Shown here in pieces: positions 16,359-23,721 of a stretch of 35,169 bases of DNA; within the stretch, counting starts at the first letter, position 1, and the number at the start of each line of letters is the position of its first letter. The position numbers and the translations under genes are program-made. Source of the DNA: an uncultured Alistipes sp. Lineage in GTDB: Bacteria > Bacteroidota > Bacteroidia > Bacteroidales > Rikenellaceae. The DNA lies in the NCBI GenBank assembly GCA_964633635.1, contig CAZWHN010000001.1, positions 1 through 35,169 of the forward strand, read 5' to 3'. The notes below the pieces were generated by a model that saw nothing but the letters and a program-made list of their open reading frames with translations, did no database searches and was not told the origin of the DNA.

Positions 16359-17486
16359 TTACTCTACGGGAAAACGTACTGTCACATCGTCAAAGGCGAA
16401 GTACTTGGGTGTATTCAAGCCCCACTCGCCACACAAATCGGCACTACCCTCGAGGCTGAACTCCACACGAGCAACCGAACCCAAGGTGGTCAGATCGAAG
16501 AGCTGCCACTCATCGACGATATTCTCGTTGCCGTCGCAGAGCAGGAACTCGGTCGTGCCTGTCACCTCGCCCTTAGCGTTGTAGCCCGTGGCTACGATCT
16601 TGAACCAAGTGTCGGCCGTAGCGGCTGTCGAGTAGGCATCGCCATAGGTCAACGAGCTGAGGACGTAGGCCGTGTTGGTAACATACATATGGTCGATAAC
16701 GTACTCGCCCTCGTTGCCAAACGCGAAGCCTGCCGTGCCGTTGTGAACGCAGAAGTTCTTTGAGCCCTCGTTGCCCGCAGCACCCTCCGAGCCAGTGGCA
16801 ACCTCCAACTGGGCGGTGTAGTCCTTAGCCTCGATGGTCGAGGTGTAGAGGTCCGATACCACCTGACCGCCATTCCAGAATACCTTGCCACCGTAAGACT
16901 CCACCAGCGACGAACGCAGGAAGGTGTTTGCCGTATCGTACCAATAGTAGTCGGTCGAGCCAGCGTAGGTGGTCATCGACGAGCCGTAGGTCATTGCGTC
17001 GCCATACTGCTCGGCGGGGATGAGCGACGACCAGTTCTCGATCGAGTAGCTATCGCCCAAGTCGTTCGTGAAGGTGTAGGGGGCGAACAACGCATCCTCA
17101 TCCTCGAAGGTGAGCACACGCAGCTCGTAGTCGATGGCGGGGATGCGGATCACGCGACCATCGGCCAGAGTGATGATGACCATACCATCCTGCTCGACGA
17201 TCGACACGAAGAGTGAGTCGCCATCCTTACCATTGGTGATTGAAACCGACGTGCCGTCGTTGAAGGTGAGCGTGTAGCCCTCGTCGGTCGGGGTAACCGC
17301 GGTGATCACCTTGCCCTTGTTGAGCGCCTCGACCAGCGACGAGAGGGTGGCTATATCCTCGGCATTGGCTTGCACCTGCTGCTCGAGCGAGTTCACCTTG
17401 TTCCACAAATCACCATCGTCGTACTCGCAACCAACGGCTGCGAAGCCAATGATTGCCACTGCTAAAAATCGAAAAACCTTTTTCAT
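16359..17486 (-). CDS. Lipoprotein with N-terminal DUF4988-like coiled-coil region and C-terminal DUF4465 (BtuJ-like) domain
   Basis: Lipobox VGC-EYDD; YDDGDLWNKVNSLE...YTLTFNDG...NGKDG; C-terminal FWNGG, YVTNTAY, WFKIVATGY and GLNTPKYFAFDD motifs. Confidence 0.72.
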   Translation of the reverse strand: MKKVFRFLAVAIIGFAAVGCEYDDGDLWNKVNSLEQQVQANAEDIATLSSLVEALNKGKVITAVTPTDEGYTLTFNDGTSVSITNGKDGDSLFVSIVEQDGMVIITLADGRVIRIPAIDYELRVLTFEDEDALFAPYTFTNDLGDSYSIENWSSLIPAEQYGDAMTYGSSMTTYAGSTDYYWYDTANTFLRSSLVESYGGKVFWNGGQVVSDLYTSTIEAKDYTAQLEVATGSEGAAGNEGSKNFCVHNGTAGFAFGNEGEYVIDHMYVTNTAYVLSSLTYGDAYSTAATADTWFKIVATGYNAKGEVTGTTEFLLCDGNENIVDEWQLFDLTTLGSVARVEFSLEGSADLCGEWGLNTPKYFAFDDVTVRFPVE

Positions 17487-17759
17487 TGCTTTGTATGTTT
17501 TAAGTTAATATTGGCTTCGATCGGCAGAACCTTCGTTAACTCAAAACCACATCGCGTAAAACAGTCTTTCGTGCTGAGCCGCAAGCCTTTGCCTATGCTA
17601 CTTTGGTCTTAGCCCTATTCCCTACGGCGAGAAAAGCCCCAATCCCAAACGCCATTGCCTTAAAACCCTTTAGGCCCACGGGCAAAACTGAAAATTTACG
17701 GATAAAAATAGTTTTGATTCGTCCCGTAGTCCTGCAGGTCACAAATCTTATAAATCGCA

Positions 17760-17978
17760 AAGGTAGGTCTTCTGACTTGTTCCGTTTGTGGCGCCTTCCC
17801 AACGCCGTAGCGTCAGTGGCAAAGAGTGTCACAAACTAACTTCGATGACGTGATTGATCGGGCTTCCCATAAGCCCCGCCACCCCGAAGTGGAACTCACA
17901 GCAACAGGCATTGTTTCGGACTCTCACCGAATTCCCTATTAATCCCAGCGGCCGACGACCGCACGGGAACCGTTTGCT
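17760..17978 (-). ncRNA. Cobalamin riboswitch
   Basis: Minus strand GGTTCCC...AATAGGGAATTCGGTGAGAGTCCG...GCTGTGA...GCCACTG...GGGAAGGCG...AAGTCAGAAGACCTACC (B12 box at 17762-17778), upstream of B12 uptake genes. Confidence 0.95.
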
Positions 17979-17983
17979 TGATG

Positions 17984-18013
17984 CAAAGATAAGCACTTTT
18001 TTTATTTTGCAAC
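17984..18013 (-). promoter_or_regulatory. Promoter of the riboswitch-btu operon
   Basis: TATCTTTG (17984-17991) and TTG (18010-18012) with an 18 bp spacer, immediately 5' of the aptamer. Confidence 0.8.
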
Positions 18014-18045
18014 TTTTTTTGGGGATTTTTTTTGGAGCGCGCAAG

Positions 18046-18079
18046 AAAAAAAAGCCGTGCGACTAAAGACCGCACGGCT
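18046..18079 (-). terminator. Intrinsic terminator after exuT
   Basis: AGCCGTGCG-GTCTTTAGT-CGCACGGC followed by T8 on the minus strand. Confidence 0.9.
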
Positions 18080-18103
18080 ATACCTCTTATAAAAGATTTT
18101 TCG

Positions 18104-19552
18104 CTACAAGGTGATGGGCTTGTACTTCGGCACAAATGCCTTCATAGCCATCCAGCTCACCAAGTAGGCCACGGCGCAGAACGAGAAGGCGATCATATAA
18201 CCAGCCTCGATGCCCGTGTAACCCATAAAGGTCATCTGCTTCAGCTCGGCATAGTCGAACAGACGACCAGCGCCCATCTGTATGCAGAACGAACCCACAC
18301 CACCAGCCATACCGCCGATGCCCGTGATCGTTGCGATCATCGACTTGGGGAACATATCGCCCACGGTCGAGAAGATGTTGGCCGACCACGACTGGTGAGC
18401 CGCCGCCGCGATACCGATAAAGACGATCGGGAACCAATACGAGTAACCCGACAGAGGCTGTGCCAGCAACGCCACGAGCGGGAAGAAGGCGAAGATGAGC
18501 ATCGCACGCATACGTCCTGCGTAGGGGTTCATCTTATACTTCTCGACAAAGATCGTCGGCAGGTAACCGCCCAGCACCGAGATCATTACGATCAGGTATA
18601 GCACGCCCAATGCCAGCTGGAACTCGAAGCTCGTCGATGACATTCCGCAGGCGTTCTTCAGATACGATGGCATCCAGAACAGATAGAACCACCACACACC
18701 GTCGGCAATGGCCTTACCCGAGATGAAGGCCCACGTCTGACGATACTTAAAACACTGCCAGAGCGACACCTTGGGTGCGGCAGCTTTCTCGGCGGCGTCA
18801 CGCTCGGCGGCAGCACGCTCCTGCTCACTATCGGAGTTGATGTATGCCAACTCGGCCTCATTCACGGCGGGGTTCTGGTCGGGCTTCTTGTACATAAACT
18901 GCCAGAATCCCATCCATACGAAACCTAACGCACCGATGATGATGAAGGCAGCCTCCCAGCCAAACTTGGCGGCAAGTGTCGGAATGGTGAAGGGTGCTAA
19001 CAGCGCACCGATGGTCGTACCTGCGTTGAAGATACTTGTTGCGTAAGCACGATCCTTCTTCGGGAAGTACTCGGCCGTGGCCTTGATGGCAGCGGGGAAG
19101 TTACCCGCCTCACCGATGGCCAGTACACATCGTGCCACGATGAAGAGCGTGAGCGAGATGTTGGCTATGCGAGCCACTAAATCGACATTACCTATCGCAT
19201 TGCGCAACGCCTCGGCGTCGGGCAACCCCACGGCCCACTCGGTCGCCACACCGCACAGCGCGTGTACGCAGGCACCGATCGACCAGATGAAGATACTCCA
19301 CAAGTAACCCTTCTTGGTGTCGAGCTTATCGACTATTCGACCCGCGAAGAGCATACCGATGGCATATACCAACGAGAAGATACCCGTCACCAATCCGTAG
19401 TGGGCATTGGTCCAGTGAAACTCGGGGCGAATGAAATCCTCCCACGTCAGCGACAGCACCTGACGGTCGAGGTAGTTGATCGTGGTCGCAAAGAAGAGTA
19501 GCGAGCAGATCACCCAACGGTAGGAGGTAGGTTTGTTTTGGTTGTTAGTCAT
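18104..19552 (-). CDS. exuT: MFS hexuronate transporter (ExuT-like)
   Basis: RWVICSLLFFATTINYLDRQ, GEAGNFPAAIKATAEYFPKKDRA and WWFYLFWMP motifs; follows kdgK-eda; ATG 19552 chosen. Confidence 0.85.
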   Translation of the reverse strand: MTNNQNKPTSYRWVICSLLFFATTINYLDRQVLSLTWEDFIRPEFHWTNAHYGLVTGIFSLVYAIGMLFAGRIVDKLDTKKGYLWSIFIWSIGACVHALCGVATEWAVGLPDAEALRNAIGNVDLVARIANISLTLFIVARCVLAIGEAGNFPAAIKATAEYFPKKDRAYATSIFNAGTTIGALLAPFTIPTLAAKFGWEAAFIIIGALGFVWMGFWQFMYKKPDQNPAVNEAELAYINSDSEQERAAAERDAAEKAAAPKVSLWQCFKYRQTWAFISGKAIADGVWWFYLFWMPSYLKNACGMSSTSFEFQLALGVLYLIVMISVLGGYLPTIFVEKYKMNPYAGRMRAMLIFAFFPLVALLAQPLSGYSYWFPIVFIGIAAAAHQSWSANIFSTVGDMFPKSMIATITGIGGMAGGVGSFCIQMGAGRLFDYAELKQMTFMGYTGIEAGYMIAFSFCAVAYLVSWMAMKAFVPKYKPITL

Positions 19553-19594
19553 AGTATTCAGGTTGTTGGTTTGTCCTTGATTTGGCAAGCCGTT

Positions 19595-20266
19595 TTATTG
19601 GCGGGCTGCGGCGATGAAGCTGAGTGCCTCGCGGCACTTTTCGGTGATGGCTCCCCACTCTCGGGCTGCGATCACTTGCTTAGGAAAGAGCTTCGATCCC
19701 ATACCGACCACCGTCGCTCCAGCCTTCATCCACGCCGAGAGATTCTCCTCGGTAGGCTCGACGGCTCCCGTAGCCATAATCATCGACCACGGCATCGGTG
19801 CCAGCACATTCTTCACGAACGACGGACCTCCCACCTCGCCTGCGGGGAAGATCTTTACCAAGTCGCAACCAGCCTCCTGAGCCTGCCCGATCTCGGTCAC
19901 CGATCCGCATCCGGGGGTGTAGGGCACTTGGCGACGGTTGCATACGCGTGCCACCTCGGCATTGAAGAGCGGACCCACGACAAAGTTGGCACCCAACTGC
20001 ATATAGAGCGCAGCCGTCGGGGCATCCACCACGCTACCTACGCCTAAGATCATCTCGGGACACTCCACGGCGGCCCAGCGGTTAAGCTCGCCGAAGATCT
20101 CGTGGGCAAAGTCGCCACGGTTGGTGAACTCGAAGGCGCGCACGCCACCCTCGTAGCAAGCCTTGACGACCTGCTTTGCCACCTCGATGTCGGCGTTGTA
20201 GAATACGGGCACCATACCCGTCTGTTGCATTGCGGTGAGTACCGCTATCTTTGAAAATCTTGCCAT
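19595..20266 (-). CDS. eda: 2-dehydro-3-deoxy-phosphogluconate (KDPG/KHG) aldolase
   Basis: [22 protein letters not shown] and VKIFPA motifs; real start MARFSK at 20266 (the ORF-track extension overlaps kdgK). Confidence 0.92.
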   Translation of the reverse strand: MARFSKIAVLTAMQQTGMVPVFYNADIEVAKQVVKACYEGGVRAFEFTNRGDFAHEIFGELNRWAAVECPEMILGVGSVVDAPTAALYMQLGANFVVGPLFNAEVARVCNRRQVPYTPGCGSVTEIGQAQEAGCDLVKIFPAGEVGGPSFVKNVLAPMPWSMIMATGAVEPTEENLSAWMKAGATVVGMGSKLFPKQVIAAREWGAITEKCREALSFIAAARQ

Positions 20267-20277
20267 ATATCTCTCTT

Positions 20278-21315
20278 TTATCTTGACACTCGTCCCGAGC
20301 CGTCGCCCTTCATCAGAGCCTCCACCTCGGCCACTGTCACTTGGTTGAAGTCGCCATATATCGTGTGCTTCAGAGCCGATGCCGCCACCGCAAAGCGTAG
20401 CGCACGCTCGTCGTCCTTGTACTCGCGCAGGCCGTAGATCAGTCCACCCATAAACGAGTCGCCACCGCCCACGCGATCGACGATGTGTGTGATGTCGTAA
20501 CGGGGTGAGGCGTAGAGCTGCTCGCCGTTGTAGAGCACGCCGCCCCAGGTGTTGTGGTTGGCATTGATCGAACCACGCAGAGTGATAATCACCTTCTTCG
20601 CACGCGGAAAACGCTCCATCAGCTGTCGGCATACGCTCTCGAAGGCGGCCTGCTCGACCTTGCCCTCCGTGGCGGCAGCGTCGAATCCCTCGGGCTTGAT
20701 GCCAAAGACCTTCTCGGCATCCTCCTCGTTGCCGAGGATCACATCGCAGCACTCCACCAGCGCAGGCATCACCTCCGCAGCCGTCTTGCCATATTTCCAG
20801 AGGTTTTTGCGGAAGTTCAGATCGCACGACACGGTAACGCCCATCCGATTGGCCACCTGACAAGCCTCTAAACAGACCTCAGCAGCCGAGGCGCTGATGG
20901 CGGGGGTGATACCTGTCCAATGGAACCAGTCGGCCCCCACGAAGGCTCGCTCCCAGTCGATCATACCTCGCTCGATGGTCGAGATCGAGGAGTGGGCGCG
21001 GTCGTACACCACCTTGCTCGGACGTGCCACAGCACCCGTCTCGAGGAAGTAGATTCCCAATCGCTCGCCACCATAAACTATGCCGCTGGTACCCACACCA
21101 TAACGGCGCAACTCACCCACACAGGCACGGGCTATGTCGTTGTCGGGAAGGCGGGTCAAAAAATCGACCTCCACGCCATAGTTGGCCAGCGAAACGGCCA
21201 CATTAGCCTCGCCACCGCCATAGGTGGCCGAGAGTTGGTTGCACTGCGAGAAACGCAGGTAGTCGGGAGTTGCCAGACGCAACATTATCTCACCGAAAGT
21301 AACTACTTTGCTCAT
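20278..21315 (-). CDS. kdgK: 2-dehydro-3-deoxygluconokinase (PfkB family)
   Basis: [31 protein letters not shown] and DRVGGGDSF motifs. Confidence 0.92.
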   Translation of the reverse strand: MSKVVTFGEIMLRLATPDYLRFSQCNQLSATYGGGEANVAVSLANYGVEVDFLTRLPDNDIARACVGELRRYGVGTSGIVYGGERLGIYFLETGAVARPSKVVYDRAHSSISTIERGMIDWERAFVGADWFHWTGITPAISASAAEVCLEACQVANRMGVTVSCDLNFRKNLWKYGKTAAEVMPALVECCDVILGNEEDAEKVFGIKPEGFDAAATEGKVEQAAFESVCRQLMERFPRAKKVIITLRGSINANHNTWGGVLYNGEQLYASPRYDITHIVDRVGGGDSFMGGLIYGLREYKDDERALRFAVAASALKHTIYGDFNQVTVAEVEALMKGDGSGRVSR

Positions 21316-21338
21316 CTGTAAAATCCTTTTTGGGACTG

Positions 21339-21365
21339 ACGTAATATTACGTTCACACAAAACTA
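21339..21365 (-). promoter_or_regulatory. kdgK promoter -7 element with a palindromic operator at the transcription start
   Basis: TAGTTTTG (21358-21365) followed by the perfect palindrome ACGTAATATTACGT (21339-21352). Confidence 0.65.
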
Positions 21366-21419
21366 CGCAAAAAAAAACAAAAAAAGAACAATTTTTGCGT
21401 CTATGGTTATGCTATGCAT

Positions 21420-21452
21420 AAAAAACGACCGCTCGAAGAGCTCGGGCGGTCG
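21420..21452 (-). terminator. Intrinsic terminator ending the five-gene TonB operon
   Basis: CGACCGCCCGA-GCTCT-TCGAGCGGTCG followed by T6 on the minus strand. Confidence 0.85.
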
Positions 21453-21472
21453 CTGATTGACTGATGTGGGGC

Positions 21473-21514
21473 TTGAGCCGATGGCTCTTCGTCGTTGGGT
21501 TTGAGCCGATGGCT
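21473..21514. repeat. Two copies of a 14 bp direct repeat
   Basis: TTGAGCCGATGGCT at 21473-21486 and 21501-21514. Confidence 0.7.
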
Positions 21515-21525
21515 TCCGCCCGCGC

Positions 21526-23715
21526 CTACTTTAGTCGGTTGATGGTCTGGCGCAGCTCGGCAGCGAGAGCCTTATCCTTGGTCTTGATCGAAAGGCAGAC
21601 CTCGATGATCTGCTCTTTGCGAGGCGAGATCACAAACCATCCCAAAGCCTCGGCCACAGCCGTGCGAAGCTCGGTCGGGGTGCCTTCGTCACGCATCAGC
21701 TCGATCATCTGCGGAACGTACTCGTGGTAGGTGTTGTTGCGCACGCCACGCACAGCGCTGATGCGCTCCTGAACGGTGGCCTCTGTGTCCATCAGCGTTG
21801 CCATCTCGCTCTGCTTCGAGCGTTGCAGACGCTTGATGTAACTACGCAGAGCGTCGATATTCTCCTCCACGGGGTAGCCCGTCGCAGCGGCCGCCTTCTC
21901 GAATGCCGCCTCCACGTCGCTTGCGGGCAGGATCTCCATCACACGATTCAGCACAAAGCTCACACGCTGCGACTCGGGGTAGTTCACCATCACATCGGCA
22001 GCCTTCTCGGCCAACGAACCCTCGCCCAACATCCACGCATAGGTGGCGGCATTGCGACGCACCAGCTCGTAGCTGTCGTAGAGCGCCTCGCCCACAACCT
22101 CCACCATCTCGGGAGTCGAGCCGTGGCGAGCCAATAGTTTCAGGCACTCCATACGCGTGGTGGCGTAGTTGCAGCTGCGGTACTTATCGAGTAGGCTCTT
22201 TGGTGGTAGCATACCTCCGTCGGCAAGCATACGCAGCGCCAAGGCCTGCACGTCGGCACTCGGAGCGTTGAGTAGCGAAGCCCAATAGAGAGAGTTCTTA
22301 CCCTTCTGCACACGCTTTGTCACCATATCCGTCGAGAGTGTCGAGGGCTGCGTCGGAGCAAAACGGAAGGCGGGGTCGCCGATGATATGCCCCTCGAGCG
22401 TGGCCACCAGACGGTTGTACTGTCCTACTCGTACACCGTGCGTCAGCAGGCCGAACATCTCGTATGTCCAGCGATCCTGCAACACATTCACCGTGTTGCC
22501 CTGCACCACAACCGTGCGACCCTGGCCGAAGATGTAACTGCCAGCCACATAACCCTTTTCGTGGAACGAGCCGTTGTAGCAGGCGTTGAGAATTACAAGT
22601 CGGGGATTGAGCGTATGTTTGTTCAGATCCTCCAATGTCAGATCGTCGGGTTTCGACTCCTTTGGTGTAGGGTTGTAGTACTCGTTGAAAAATGCGTCGG
22701 TCAGATGGTAGCGCTCCTTGAAGTATGCCTTTGCACCCTCCACGTCGCCCTTCTCGCCCTTGCGCTCCTCACGACGGATGGCCGAATAGACGGTGCTACG
22801 CAGAGCCTCGGCACGGGCATCGAAACCCTCGATCGGGCCCTCGCCGCTGACGTGCTGACGATCCACCGATCCGTGCTCGTTGAAGAGCATCACATCCACC
22901 TCGTCGCGCTCCAGTTCGCTGAAGAGTCGGTAGGTCATATTGTAGTCGTTCATACGGAAGTTGAGCTGCTTCAGGGCGAGGTAGTCGTTGCGATCCAGCT
23001 GCGGGAACATCTCGCCGATGGCCACACGCTCGTCCATCCACGTCACCAGACAATCCGAGTTGTAGGCCGCACCGGCGAAGGTAACCATATGGTCGATCAC
23101 CTCCTCGCGCTGACGCTCCTTAACCACCTTACGCAGATAGGCCGAGATGGCCTCGTACTTGTTGCCGCCCATCTGCTCGGGGTAACGTATGCGGCCCGAG
23201 TAGAAGGTGGGGTCGAGTCGCTGGGGCGAATCCTCCGCGAGCTTGTAGTAGTAGCGCAGCTGATCGACCGAGTCACGACGGATGAACTCGAATTGCAGGT
23301 TCAGATCGTCGTAGAAACGATCCGACGTGACGGATGCCTCCTCGATGGGGAAGGTCTGCTCGTTCATCTTGAAAGCGGTGGTCATATGCTGGGCATTCTG
23401 CACGCTGACGTAGGGTATGTCGCCAATAAAGACACAACCCTCCAACGGCTGACGCTTTAGGCTCTGCTTGTAGAGCTTCTCGAGTGCCGTACGCACATCC
23501 TCGGGCGAGGACCAATCCTCGACGAGCCGATGCACCCGAAGTCCATCTTGTTGCAGGGCGAGGGCGTAGGCCTCCACCTCGGTACGACACTCGGCGTAGG
23601 TGCGGCTGTCGATCACGATGGCGAACGATGTTGCGGACTCGGTGGCGGCTATTGCAGTGCCGTGGATGGCAAAGGTCGTTGCCACGGCCAGAAGTATAGT
23701 AAAAAACTTTCTCAT
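21526..23715 (-). CDS. Secreted C25 (gingipain)-like cysteine peptidase domain plus C-terminal HEAT repeats, paralogue A
   Basis: Signal peptide; GCVFIGD, SDRFYDD, YSGRI, FNEHGS, ILNACYNGSF and IIGDP motifs; helical repeats such as YELVRRNAA and ELRTAVAEALGW. Confidence 0.7.
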   Translation of the reverse strand: MRKFFTILLAVATTFAIHGTAIAATESATSFAIVIDSRTYAECRTEVEAYALALQQDGLRVHRLVEDWSSPEDVRTALEKLYKQSLKRQPLEGCVFIGDIPYVSVQNAQHMTTAFKMNEQTFPIEEASVTSDRFYDDLNLQFEFIRRDSVDQLRYYYKLAEDSPQRLDPTFYSGRIRYPEQMGGNKYEAISAYLRKVVKERQREEVIDHMVTFAGAAYNSDCLVTWMDERVAIGEMFPQLDRNDYLALKQLNFRMNDYNMTYRLFSELERDEVDVMLFNEHGSVDRQHVSGEGPIEGFDARAEALRSTVYSAIRREERKGEKGDVEGAKAYFKERYHLTDAFFNEYYNPTPKESKPDDLTLEDLNKHTLNPRLVILNACYNGSFHEKGYVAGSYIFGQGRTVVVQGNTVNVLQDRWTYEMFGLLTHGVRVGQYNRLVATLEGHIIGDPAFRFAPTQPSTLSTDMVTKRVQKGKNSLYWASLLNAPSADVQALALRMLADGGMLPPKSLLDKYRSCNYATTRMECLKLLARHGSTPEMVEVVGEALYDSYELVRRNAATYAWMLGEGSLAEKAADVMVNYPESQRVSFVLNRVMEILPASDVEAAFEKAAAATGYPVEENIDALRSYIKRLQRSKQSEMATLMDTEATVQERISAVRGVRNNTYHEYVPQMIELMRDEGTPTELRTAVAEALGWFVISPRKEQIIEVCLSIKTKDKALAAELRQTINRLK

Positions 23716-23721
23716 AGCGAT

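Noticed and set aside
21365..21400. Poly-A tracts and ACGCAAAAA/TTTTTGCGT arms as a phase-variable kdgK promoter
   Set aside because: Low-complexity AT-rich DNA typical of these intergenic regions, and no well-spaced -33 element to support it
21473..21514. CRISPR array remnant
   Set aside because: Only two 14 bp copies with a 14 bp spacer and no cas genes
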